This document shows positions 19,871-28,835 of a stretch of DNA of 64,000 nt, in pieces. How positions within the stretch are numbered: position 1 is the first letter of the stretch; every line of letters begins with the position of its first letter. The translations under genes were made by a program, and so were the position numbers. The stretch is from the NCBI GenBank assembly GCA_043827025.1, contig JBDRPL010000019.1, positions 24,273 through 88,272 of the forward strand. The letters are read 5' to 3'. The stretch comes from Candidatus Micrarchaeota archaeon (GTDB lineage: Archaea; Micrarchaeota; Micrarchaeia; Anstonellales; Bilamarchaeaceae). Under the pieces are notes generated by a model. That model did no database searches and was not told the origin of the DNA. It saw only the letters and a program-made list of their open reading frames with translations.

Positions 19871-20037
19871 CTTTTTTCTATAGAGAAAAGTCGATACAGT
19901 GATCCATATGGATCACTTATTCTCATGCTGCGATTGTCACAACGATCACGGGCACAAAAGAAACAGATCGCTGTTTCTTTACGTCCAACATCTGAAAAGT
20001 TAGTTGGATGAGAATGGCAGTACGCTAGCAGTATTGC
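19871..20037 (+). ncRNA. Candidate structured 5' leader RNA of EF-1alpha
   Basis: Six hairpins in ~170 nt between a TATA-like box (TTTAAAAA, ~19840) and the AGGAGG SD. All wobble pairs read G-U on the + strand. Confidence 0.55.
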
Positions 20038-20064
20038 AAATGTTATATTAAGGAGGTTATTTGA

Positions 20065-21348
20065 ATGGCAGAAAAAGAACACTTGAATCTTGTATTTATT
20101 GGACATGTCGACGCAGGTAAGTCGACATCAGTTGGTAGGATCCTGTACGAAACAGGCGCAGTCTCAGAACAGGCTTTGAAAAAGCTGAAGGATGAAGCTG
20201 CAAAGGTCGGTAAGGCGACTTTTGAATTCGCATTCGTCATGGATGAATTGGCAGAAGAAAGAAAGAGAGGTGTCACAATCGATGTTGCACACAGGGAATT
20301 CAATACTTCCAAGTATTACTTTACAATCATTGATGCACCAGGACACAGAGATTTCGTCAAGAACATGATCACAGGTACAAGCCAGGCAGATGCAGCAGTC
20401 TTGGTAATCTCTGCAAAAGACGGAGTACAGCCACAGACAAAGGAGCACGCATTCTTGGCAAAGGTTCTTGGTATTTCTCAGTTGATTGTGAATATCAACA
20501 AGATGGATGCAGTTAACTACAGCCAGGACGAATTCAACAAGGTAAAAGGCGAAGTTGAAAAGCTCTTGAAAGGCATTGGTTACAAGATAGAAACCGTTGC
20601 TATTATTCCATGTTCAAGTTATGGTGGAGACAACATCACAAAGAAATCTCCTAATATGCCTTGGTATACCGGTCCAACATTAATCGAATTGTTCGATAAG
20701 TTGACAGTTCCTCCAAAATTAGACAACCTTGCTTTGAGAATGCCGATACAGGAAGTCTTTTCTATTACAGGACACGGCGTTGTTCCAGTAGGAAGAGTTG
20801 AGACGGGTATCTTGAAGCCAGGTATGGCTATTTGTTTCATGCCAAGCGGAAAGAAGTCTGAAGTTAAGAAAATCGAGATGCACCACCAGGAACTAAAAGA
20901 AGCAAAAAGCGGTGACAATGTTGGTTTCAACGTAAAAGGCGTTGAAAAGGCAGATGTAAAGAGGGGAGATGTTATTGGCCCTGCAGACAAGCCACCAACA
21001 GTTGCAGCTGAATTCACAGCACAGATTGTGGTTCTTAATCATCCAACAGCACTTTCAGTAGGTTACACGCCTGTGTTTCACATTCACACTGCACAATTCG
21101 CAGGAAGAGTGGTGGAGATCATAGAAAAGAAGGATCCTAAGACAGGCCAGCCTACAAAAGAAAATCTTGATTTCATCAAGACGGGTGAAGCTGCAGTCAT
21201 AAGGGTTCAGCCTATGAAACCTGTTGTTATTGAGAAATTCAGCGAGTTCAGGCCTCTTGGAAGATTCGCAATCAGAGACATGGGTCAGACTGTCGCAGCA
21301 GGCGTAGTCTTGAGCGTAACTCCGAAAGTAATGGAAGAGAAGAAGTAG
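20065..21348 (+). CDS. tuf: Translation elongation factor EF-1 alpha
   Basis: [39 protein letters not shown]. Confidence 0.98.
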   Translation: MAEKEHLNLVFIGHVDAGKSTSVGRILYETGAVSEQALKKLKDEAAKVGKATFEFAFVMDELAEERKRGVTIDVAHREFNTSKYYFTIIDAPGHRDFVKNMITGTSQADAAVLVISAKDGVQPQTKEHAFLAKVLGISQLIVNINKMDAVNYSQDEFNKVKGEVEKLLKGIGYKIETVAIIPCSSYGGDNITKKSPNMPWYTGPTLIELFDKLTVPPKLDNLALRMPIQEVFSITGHGVVPVGRVETGILKPGMAICFMPSGKKSEVKKIEMHHQELKEAKSGDNVGFNVKGVEKADVKRGDVIGPADKPPTVAAEFTAQIVVLNHPTALSVGYTPVFHIHTAQFAGRVVEIIEKKDPKTGQPTKENLDFIKTGEAAVIRVQPMKPVVIEKFSEFRPLGRFAIRDMGQTVAAGVVLSVTPKVMEEKK

Positions 21349-21402
21349 TTTCTTCTATTTTCTTATTTTTATTTTATTTTATTTCTCTGTTTTTTGTATT
21401 TT
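21349..21402 (+). terminator. T-rich archaeal terminator after tuf
   Basis: Multiple oligo-T tracts immediately after the stop codon. Confidence 0.55.
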
Positions 21403-21472
21403 CGAATTCTATCCAAGCCAATAAATCTACTATTTTTAACCCTTTTGCAACAAACACCATATAGTGTTTTAT

Positions 21473-22777
21473 ATGTTCAGTACTGTAGCTGATGTTTTAT
21501 CTGGAAAAATGGAAGGCAAAGAGGTTCATCTTAGGGGATGGATACACAGGCACAGGATTGGAGGGGCAGGTTCACTTGTTTTTGCAGTAATTCGCGATTC
21601 GACAGGAGTAGTCCAGGTTGCAATCAAAAAAGAAAATGTTGATGAGAAATCGTTCAAGGATGCAAGCGAAGCCTATGTCGAATCTTCTGTATTTCTGTCT
21701 GGGAAAGCTGTCAAAGACGCAAGGGCGCCAGGAGGATATGAAATACAGGCAAGGGAATTCGAAACCGTTTGCAGAGGCGAACCATTCCCTGTTGCAAAAG
21801 ATCTTTCGGAAGAATATCTTCTGGACATAAGGCATCTTTGGCTAAGGAGCCAGAAGCTTACCAAGACGATGCAGATAAGAAGCACAGTGGTTTATGCTAT
21901 CCACGAGTTTTTCCAGAAACGCAGTTATACTTTGTTCGATCCGCCAATATTTACTCCAAATGCATGCGAAGGCGGGGCAACACTGTTTGAGGTAAAATAT
22001 TTTGATACTAAAATGTACCTTACTCAATCGTGGCAGCTTTATGCAGAAGCTGCTATTTTTGCACTTGGAAAGATATACGATGTTGCACCTACCTTCAGGG
22101 CTGAGAAGAGCAAGACCTCCAGGCATCTGGCTGAGTTTTGGATGGCTGAGATGGAAGCTCCGTGGATGGAGCTGAAAGAGGTTACAGAGGTTGCAAAAGA
22201 TGAGATCAAGTTTATTGTCGAGAAAGTCCTTGAAAAACATACAGAAGACCTTAAGTTCTTGGGAAGGGATGTGGAAAAATTGAAGAAAGCAATATCAAAA
22301 CCATTTCCAACAATCAAATATTCTGAAGTATTGAAGATGTTGAAGGAAAAAGACAACCTGGAAGTAGCTTGGGGCAAGGATCTTCGGACAATCGAAGAGG
22401 AGAAGATTATGACTCATTTCGATACTCCTATTGTAGTGACTCATTATCCAAAAGAAATAATGGCATTTTACAAGCCTGTTGACCCCAAGAATCCAAAGGA
22501 GGCGCTTTGCTTTGACATGCTTGCTCCGGAAGGCTTTGGGGAAATTGTGGGTGGAAGCCAGAGATGCATTGACATCAAGGAAATCGAAAAAGGACTCAAG
22601 AAAGAAGGCGAGAACATCGAAAATTACCAATGGTATCTTGACCTTAGAAAGTATGGTTCCGTTCCCCATTCCGGCTATGGAGTTGGAGTCGAACGGGTAG
22701 TGAGATGGATCTGCGGTTCTGAAAATATAAAAGATGCGATTGCATTCCCGCGGACAATGGCAAGGTTTAAGCCATGA
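21473..22777 (+). CDS. asnS: Asparagine--tRNA ligase
   Basis: OB domain (LRGWIHR), RHLWLRS, YLTQSWQLY, FRAEKSKTSRHLAEFW, EIVGGSQR, YGSVPHSGYG. Confidence 0.93.
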   Translation: MFSTVADVLSGKMEGKEVHLRGWIHRHRIGGAGSLVFAVIRDSTGVVQVAIKKENVDEKSFKDASEAYVESSVFLSGKAVKDARAPGGYEIQAREFETVCRGEPFPVAKDLSEEYLLDIRHLWLRSQKLTKTMQIRSTVVYAIHEFFQKRSYTLFDPPIFTPNACEGGATLFEVKYFDTKMYLTQSWQLYAEAAIFALGKIYDVAPTFRAEKSKTSRHLAEFWMAEMEAPWMELKEVTEVAKDEIKFIVEKVLEKHTEDLKFLGRDVEKLKKAISKPFPTIKYSEVLKMLKEKDNLEVAWGKDLRTIEEEKIMTHFDTPIVVTHYPKEIMAFYKPVDPKNPKEALCFDMLAPEGFGEIVGGSQRCIDIKEIEKGLKKEGENIENYQWYLDLRKYGSVPHSGYGVGVERVVRWICGSENIKDAIAFPRTMARFKP

Positions 22778-22855
22778 TTTTTTTGACTATTCAAAAAAGT
22801 TTTGTTAACTGTTGTGACAGTTATTTTTAAATTTAACCACTTATTATTCTAGGTT

Positions 22856-24535
22856 ATGGCCCAATTAGCAATCAGACGCATTCAGCCTCACGACCTGCCA
22901 GATTCAAGCTTTGGTGGAAAAGCATTTGGTATGAGAAAATTGGCAGTTTGGCTGCCAGATCTTCAGAATGCAGTAGGTAAGGTCAATCCAAGTGCAAGTG
23001 TTTTTGTTCCTGCCACTATTGAAATTCCTGTTGAGGGTTGCAGATCATTTATCCTTGGTCATCAGAAGGTCTTGAGAAGCCTTCGTGATGCTAAGGATGA
23101 TGAGCTTTTTTCTATAATGCAAAGCCATAAATTATCTGCAGTAACTGGACTTTCATGGTTACTTAATGGTCTTAAGGCAGAGCTTGCCCAGGATCCTTTT
23201 GCAAATGCATCTGCATTGGCCATTCGCTCAAGTGCAATTGGTGAAGACAGTGCAAAGGATCCAAGGGCAGGCATTTATTCGACTGTTTCAATGGCTTTGC
23301 CGCAAGGGACTCCTAAAGACAGATTAAAGGCAGTGCTTGATGGCGTAAAAGGTGTTTGGGCATCTTTTTTCAGTCAGCTTGCCAGAACGTATGTGGGTAA
23401 TGAGCATGAGATTTGGACTCCTGGAGAGGGAGGCATGGGTGTCATCATCCAGCCAATAGTTGGTTCTCGCTTTTCTACAGATGGGGCGCAATTTTTTGCA
23501 CCGCATTGCGCAGGCCAGTTTTGTTCAGTCGATCCTTATATAAAATTATTTTCCAATCCAGTTGTAAGTCTTGTTTTTGGGCATGGAACTACAGTTGTTG
23601 ATGGTGAAGTAATCCCACAGACACTTCACCTGGTTGACAAAACAGGCAATAACCAAGAAGGAATAGATCAACCATTTGCTCGCGCAATTGATCTTTCAGT
23701 TGTTGATGGGTCAGATGCGCTCAGGAGAATTCATCTTATGGGAAACCTTCGAACAATTCTGTCACAAGATCCTGGTTTTGAACTGGCTCTTGAATACAGT
23801 TCACCTAAGCTCGGCAAGGCACCATACGTTAACATTAAGAGATTGCTTTCATTAGGCATAGAAGGTGTGCTGTTTGCAATTCACAATAAACTAAGGTCTT
23901 TCATGGATGGCTCAGTTGATGTGGAATTCGCATTAATGTCTGGAAAAGAACCTGGAAATTGGGAGATACATTTGGTTCAGGTAAGGCGTGATGTAACCGT
24001 TGATGCTTCAAGCCAAATGGTCCTGCCTGCAGAATCCGGAGCAATTGAATCCAGCGTTTTCGTAGGTCACGGAATTAATGAAGGAATACGAAAGATAGTT
24101 GTTTTAGATGAAAACACAATTCCGAATCAGCAATTCTGGGATTCATTAAGGAAACTGAACGAATTAGCTTCTGGAGATGGCGCACTACTTATTACCTCGG
24201 GAATTGCAGGCACCTCTAACCCTAAGCTTGGCATTCCATTTAATTTTACCCATGTTTCCCATTTTTCATGCATACTCGAAGGCAAGAGAAATGGCAAAGT
24301 GATTGCCTCATCTCCTGCAACTCATTTTCTGAGAGGCTTGATTTCAAAGAAAATAGTTTTTGGTTGTGTTGATGGTGACAGAGGAGCAGTTGATCTTGAA
24401 CAGATTAAGCAGAGTTCATCGCATATTGAAAGAGTAGGGCAGTACATAACTGTTTATACGTTGGAAATTCCAGCAACACTTTACGCAAACAAGAATCTTG
24501 AGTTTGGACCGGTAAGGCTTTCGCTGCAGCTCTAG
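22856..24535 (+). CDS. PEP/pyruvate-binding (PPDK N-terminal-like) domain protein
   Basis: GGKA, AIRSSA.GEDS..AGIYST, VIIQ, DVEFA, VQVR. The C-terminal module has LGIP...S...E...S..THF. Confidence 0.75.
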   Translation: MAQLAIRRIQPHDLPDSSFGGKAFGMRKLAVWLPDLQNAVGKVNPSASVFVPATIEIPVEGCRSFILGHQKVLRSLRDAKDDELFSIMQSHKLSAVTGLSWLLNGLKAELAQDPFANASALAIRSSAIGEDSAKDPRAGIYSTVSMALPQGTPKDRLKAVLDGVKGVWASFFSQLARTYVGNEHEIWTPGEGGMGVIIQPIVGSRFSTDGAQFFAPHCAGQFCSVDPYIKLFSNPVVSLVFGHGTTVVDGEVIPQTLHLVDKTGNNQEGIDQPFARAIDLSVVDGSDALRRIHLMGNLRTILSQDPGFELALEYSSPKLGKAPYVNIKRLLSLGIEGVLFAIHNKLRSFMDGSVDVEFALMSGKEPGNWEIHLVQVRRDVTVDASSQMVLPAESGAIESSVFVGHGINEGIRKIVVLDENTIPNQQFWDSLRKLNELASGDGALLITSGIAGTSNPKLGIPFNFTHVSHFSCILEGKRNGKVIASSPATHFLRGLISKKIVFGCVDGDRGAVDLEQIKQSSSHIERVGQYITVYTLEIPATLYANKNLEFGPVRLSLQL

Positions 24536-24569
24536 GTACTTAGAAAAAGAACATACGCCCCCGTCGGGG

Positions 24570-24619
24570 ATTTCGCTTCGTTTTTTGGTGCCGGTTTTTA
24601 GGCATCCCGAAAAAGCGGC
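24570..24619 (-). other. tRNA-Asp intron 3 (T loop 59/60), 50 nt
   Basis: Central helix TTCG/CGAA, bulges AA|G and AT|C, relaxed outer helix. The exact junction is less certain. Confidence 0.72.
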
Positions 24620-24640
24620 TTCGAACCCGAGTCGGAAGAG

Positions 24641-24692
24641 GACTGTAAACCTTGGAAAGAGTTGTTTGATGAAACGTTTTCCAAAAAGTTTC
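24641..24692 (-). other. tRNA-Asp intron 2 (canonical 37/38), 52 nt
   Basis: BHB with central helix CTGT/ACAG, bulges CA|G and TC|C, intron stem AAACTT/AGGTTT. Confidence 0.88.
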
Positions 24693-24714
24693 TGACAGTC
24701 TCCTATGCTAACCA

Positions 24715-24751
24715 CTGTGTGCTTTGAGTATCTCTAAAAGTACTCAAAACT
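24715..24751 (-). other. tRNA-Asp intron 1 (15/16), 37 nt
   Basis: BHB with central helix GTGT/ACAC, bulges AG|A and AG|T, intron stem GTTTTGAGTA/TACTCAAAGC. Confidence 0.85.
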
Positions 24752-24824
24752 CTACACTACAGGGGCGTAGAAACAAAATTATGACTCATTAGTTTTATAA
24801 ATCTATTTTTCGAAGTTACTCTCT

Positions 24825-25541
24825 ATGAAAAAACTCCTTTTATTCCTTGTGGTAATTGCGCTACTGTTTGCTCCTTATCCTCAATATTATGGATATGTGA
24901 ATGATTATGCAAACGTTCTTTCCCCTCAATACAAGGCTGGATTAGAGCAGAAGATCTCCGACTTCGAAAGAAATTCTTCTGTTGAGATTGCAGTTGTCAT
25001 TTTGCCTCAGCTGGCGGATCCAAATGATCCGAAAATTCCTGCCGACATAAATATCTATGCAGCAGAACTCTTCCACGAGTGGAAGATAGGGAAGAAAGGC
25101 GAGGATAATGGTATCCTTCTTTTGATTGCCATGAATGACAAAAAGCTTAGGCTAGAAGTAGGTTATGGGCTTGAAGGCACTATTCCAGATACAATTGCAA
25201 AAAAGATAATTGATAATGAAATAACCCCTTATTTCAAGGAGGGTAGGTATGATGAAGGTGTCATGAATGGAGTTGATAAAATTATCGAAACCATACAAAA
25301 AAAAGGTTATACTCCAACTGTAAAGAAAGATGACGAGGACTTCATGTGCTTCCTTGCAGTATTCCTTGGCATTTTCCTTTTCATAATTATCATCTTTGTA
25401 ATCACCATGAAGTATGGCAAGGGCGGAGGCTATAGTCACGGAGGGGGTGGCTGGTCTTCTGGCAGAGGACATTCCTCAGGAGGGGGCCACAGTTTCGGAG
25501 GCGGATTCTCCGGCGGTGGAGGGTCATCAGGCGGATGGTAA
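24825..25541 (+). CDS. TPM domain protein (YgcG-like)
   Basis: Signal peptide, YVNDYANVLS, W.IG.KG.DNGILLLIA..D...RLEVGYGLEG, a TM helix and a Gly-rich tail ending SGGW. Confidence 0.92.
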   Translation: MKKLLLFLVVIALLFAPYPQYYGYVNDYANVLSPQYKAGLEQKISDFERNSSVEIAVVILPQLADPNDPKIPADINIYAAELFHEWKIGKKGEDNGILLLIAMNDKKLRLEVGYGLEGTIPDTIAKKIIDNEITPYFKEGRYDEGVMNGVDKIIETIQKKGYTPTVKKDDEDFMCFLAVFLGIFLFIIIIFVITMKYGKGGGYSHGGGGWSSGRGHSSGGGHSFGGGFSGGGGSSGGW

Positions 25542-25780
25542 TTCTTCATTCCACTAAAAAAGATTTACTCCTGATTTTTGCTGCGCTTGCAGTTGGTGCA
25601 TTGATTTGGTTTTATGATTTTGCGTTGCTGACTATCATACTTTTTGTTTTACTTCTCTTATTCGTGCTGTTCCTCGTTTTCAAAGGCAAGGGCAGTCGTG
25701 GAGGCAGAGGCTGGTCATCAGGCGGCTCAAGTTTTGGCGGTGGAAGATCAGGCGGCGGCGGAGCATCAGGCAGATGGTAG
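25535..25780 (+). CDS. Small membrane protein with a TPM-type Gly-rich tail
   Basis: Two hydrophobic segments, then ...SFGGGRSGGGGASGRW, matching the tail of the upstream TPM protein. Confidence 0.7.
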   Translation: MVILHSTKKDLLLIFAALAVGALIWFYDFALLTIILFVLLLLFVLFLVFKGKGSRGGRGWSSGGSSFGGGRSGGGGASGRW

Positions 25781-25823
25781 GATTTTTAAATAATGATTAT
25801 AATATCTATGTGAGGATGATTCA

Positions 25824-26420
25824 ATGGCAGATACTAAATTAGGAGGAGCAGGCACGATTATAGTCGTTGCAGTCCTGCTGGTAATCATATTGGTACTTTC
25901 TATAGCGTTGGTCAGCGTCTATAATAATTTCATAAAGCTCAATACTGAGGCTGACAATAGGTGGGCATATGTTCAGACTGTTTATCAGGAAAGATTCGAT
26001 CTTATACCGAGAATCGTACAGTCCGTAACTGCTCAAACAAAGGCTGAGAAAGATATATTGGATGGAATCGCGAATGCGAGAACTAATTACATGAATGCGA
26101 AGACTGTTGACGGACAGGTTGCCGCAGCGCAACAGCTGGACAATGTTTTTCTCAAGTTGAATGCACTGTCAATTACGGAAAACTATCCTAATGTGCAGTT
26201 TGCGCAGGCATTTGCAGACTTCCGAACTATCTATGAAGGCCAGGAAAACAGGATAAGGGTCGAGAGAAATCGCTACAATGAGGCAATAAAAGAATACAAT
26301 GTGGCTGTTTTGACCTTCCCGGGAAACTTCATGGCAGGTATATTCGGTTTCCAGAAGAGAATGATGTTCGAAGCACAGCAAGGAGCAGAGAATGCACCTG
26401 ATCTGAACTTCAACATCTAA
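25824..26420 (+). CDS. lemA: LemA family protein
   Basis: TM helix, YN, W..V...YQ.R.DLIP, ENYP, ENRI...R.RYN, FP.N..A..FGF. Confidence 0.93.
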   Translation: MADTKLGGAGTIIVVAVLLVIILVLSIALVSVYNNFIKLNTEADNRWAYVQTVYQERFDLIPRIVQSVTAQTKAEKDILDGIANARTNYMNAKTVDGQVAAAQQLDNVFLKLNALSITENYPNVQFAQAFADFRTIYEGQENRIRVERNRYNEAIKEYNVAVLTFPGNFMAGIFGFQKRMMFEAQQGAENAPDLNFNI

Positions 26421-26455
26421 TCTTTTTCTTATTTTCTTCTGGTCTGTTTAGGTCA

Positions 26456-28759
26456 TCAGGCTTTTAGTTCGCTTCCTTTCTTCACTTTATTTACTTTGCT
26501 TATTGCCTTCAGTTCTTCAATCAGTTCATTATCAAGGTCAGCAACAGTAACTTCGTTCAATTCAGATGCCTGGCTCAGTTGTTTCTTTGATTTATATTGC
26601 CTTACGAATGAAACAGCTTCCTTCAACCTTTCGACTTGCCCGATGACTTCTGAATTTATTTCTCCGTATTCTGGCCATCGGATCGTCTGCAGGCTTTTCT
26701 TCTCAAACAATTCGCTATAAATTTCTTCGCAGATGTGCGGAGATATCGGAGCAAGTATCTTCACTGTGTTTTCAAGAACGTATCTGAGGCAATACTGCGC
26801 TTCCTGTTTGTCAATGTTATTATATGTCCTATACTTGATGTATTCGAGATAATGGTCGCAGAATTCGTTCCAGAAGAATTTCTGTATTGCACTTGCAGCC
26901 AGATGGAATTCGAATTTTTCCATTGCCTCAGTCACTTCCTTTATTGCCTGGTTCATCCTGCTTATTATCCAAATATCCACCTTTCTTTTCAAATGCACTT
27001 TCTTTCCATCAAAGTCAGACGTTGAACTCTCAACGAATTTTGCTGCGTTCCATACCTTGTTCAAGAAGGATTTTGCATATCTTATGTCTTCGTAGCTGAA
27101 CGGCCTGTCCTTTGCCATTGCTCCGCTCATTGCTGCCCATTGCCTTATGGCATCCACTGGATATTCGAACTGAAGAGTTGCTGGTGAAATTATGTTCCCA
27201 AGGCTTTTGCTCATCTTCTTGCCGTCAGGCGCAAGCACATTCCCGTTCAATAATATCTTCTTGAAAGGCGCTTTTCCAGTAAGGAATCCGCTTCTGTAAA
27301 TTGTATAGAATGCCCATGTCCTCACAATCTCCACACCCTGGGGCCTGAGAGAAACAGGATAAACTTTGTCAAACATCTTTTTGTTGTCAGGCCATCCTGA
27401 AATCACCAAAGGAGTTATGGATGAATCAACCCAACAATCGCAGGTGCTTGTTTCTGCTTTCATGACTTCCCCGCAGCAACATTTCATTTCCTTTGCCTTC
27501 TCTGGATAGAATGGCAATTCTTCTGCAGGCTCTGTCTTGGTGCATTTTTCACAATAGTAGAATGGAAGCGGTGTTCCGAATACTCTCTGTCGTGAAATGA
27601 CCCAGTCCCATTCTGCCCCTTCTACCCAGTCGATCAGATAGTTTATGCCGAAATTTGGCACCCATTCTATCTGGTGCGCCAGTTCCTTTATCTTTTTGCC
27701 AGTTGTCCTTATATCTGCGAACCATTGCATTGAAGTTAAGAGTTCAATTGCAGTTCTGCATCGGTCATGCACTTTCACAGTTTGTTTCAAAGGCTCTTGT
27801 TTGGTTATCTTGCCTTCAGCCTTTAGTTTTTCAATAGTCTTCTTCTTTGCTTCCTCTGTTTTAATGCCATCAAATTCTCCGCTGTTTATCATTTTTCCAT
27901 TATGGCCTATTGCATTCACTATTGGCAAATGGTGCCTATGCATCCAGACAACATCCATTTTGTCTCCGAATGTGCAGACCATGAGCAATCCAGTGCCAAA
28001 CTCCTTTTCAACATCCTTGTCTTCAAGAATTGGAACTTCCTTTCCAAGGGCAGTCTTTGCCTTTTTCCCCTTAAGGTGGACATACCTCTTGTCTTCAGGG
28101 TTGTAAAGCAGTGCAACGCACGCATTCATTAACTCCGGCCTTGTAGTTGCAATCAACAAGTCCTCGCCTTTTGGGCCTGTGAATTTTATGTGATTGAGCA
28201 TCCCGTCCCTCTCAACATCGTCAAGCTCTGCCTTTGCAATTGCAGACATGCATTTCGTGCACCAGTAAACAGGATATTCATTCCTATATACTAATTTGTC
28301 CTTATACATCTGTATTAGTGAAAGCTGCACTTTCTTGTGGTATTCAGGATCCATTGTTTTGTATTCATATCTCCAGTCTGGAGACCATCCCATGTCATTC
28401 ATCTGCTCTTTCATCTTTGCAATCATTTCATGCGTCCACTCGACGCATCTTTCCCTGAATTCTTTTGATGGAAGTCTGCCGTACTTCTTTTCTACCTTTG
28501 TTTCAGTTGGAAAACCTTGAGTGTCCCATCCTTGGGGGTAATACACATTGAACCCGTGCATCCTTTTGTAGCGTGCAACGAAGTCGAAATAGGAATAGCT
28601 TAGCACATGGCCCATGTGTAATTCTCCACTTGTGAATGGCGGAGGTGTGTCTATGGAATATATCTTGCCTTTTGCATCCAGGTTGAACTGGTGTATTTTA
28701 TTGTCATTCCAGTATTTTTGCCATTTTTTCTCTGTTTCCTTATCATATTTTCCGAGCAT
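26456..28759 (-). CDS. valS: Valine--tRNA ligase (archaeal type)
   Basis: IDTPPP..SG.LHMGH, IATTRPEL, WDWVISRQR, KMSKSLGN. Confidence 0.96.
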   Translation of the reverse strand: MLGKYDKETEKKWQKYWNDNKIHQFNLDAKGKIYSIDTPPPFTSGELHMGHVLSYSYFDFVARYKRMHGFNVYYPQGWDTQGFPTETKVEKKYGRLPSKEFRERCVEWTHEMIAKMKEQMNDMGWSPDWRYEYKTMDPEYHKKVQLSLIQMYKDKLVYRNEYPVYWCTKCMSAIAKAELDDVERDGMLNHIKFTGPKGEDLLIATTRPELMNACVALLYNPEDKRYVHLKGKKAKTALGKEVPILEDKDVEKEFGTGLLMVCTFGDKMDVVWMHRHHLPIVNAIGHNGKMINSGEFDGIKTEEAKKKTIEKLKAEGKITKQEPLKQTVKVHDRCRTAIELLTSMQWFADIRTTGKKIKELAHQIEWVPNFGINYLIDWVEGAEWDWVISRQRVFGTPLPFYYCEKCTKTEPAEELPFYPEKAKEMKCCCGEVMKAETSTCDCWVDSSITPLVISGWPDNKKMFDKVYPVSLRPQGVEIVRTWAFYTIYRSGFLTGKAPFKKILLNGNVLAPDGKKMSKSLGNIISPATLQFEYPVDAIRQWAAMSGAMAKDRPFSYEDIRYAKSFLNKVWNAAKFVESSTSDFDGKKVHLKRKVDIWIISRMNQAIKEVTEAMEKFEFHLAASAIQKFFWNEFCDHYLEYIKYRTYNNIDKQEAQYCLRYVLENTVKILAPISPHICEEIYSELFEKKSLQTIRWPEYGEINSEVIGQVERLKEAVSFVRQYKSKKQLSQASELNEVTVADLDNELIEELKAISKVNKVKKGSELKA

Positions 28760-28835
28760 ATTATCCCTTTACACCACAATCTTTTTTACCTAATTATATG
28801 GGAACATTTAAAAGAATCTTCCTAGATATCTTTTT

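Larger units (their letters stand above)
24556..24766 (-). tRNA. tRNA-Asp(GTC) with three introns
   Basis: The spliced 72-nt product GCCCCTGTAGTGTAG|TGGTTAGCATAGGAGACTGTCA|CTCTTCCGACTCGGGTTCGAA|CCCCGACGGGGGCG folds as a cloverleaf with anticodon GTC (24694-24696) and G73. Confidence 0.92.

Noticed and set aside
19819..20106. 95-aa minus-strand ORF upstream of tuf
   Set aside because: It is antisense to the tuf start and structured leader, and has no protein-like features.
22856..24556. Genomic island integrated at tRNA-Asp
   Set aside because: No duplicated tRNA 3' end (att site) and no integrase were found.
24416..24715. 99-aa minus-strand ORF
   Set aside because: It overlaps the intron-containing tRNA-Asp and is spurious.
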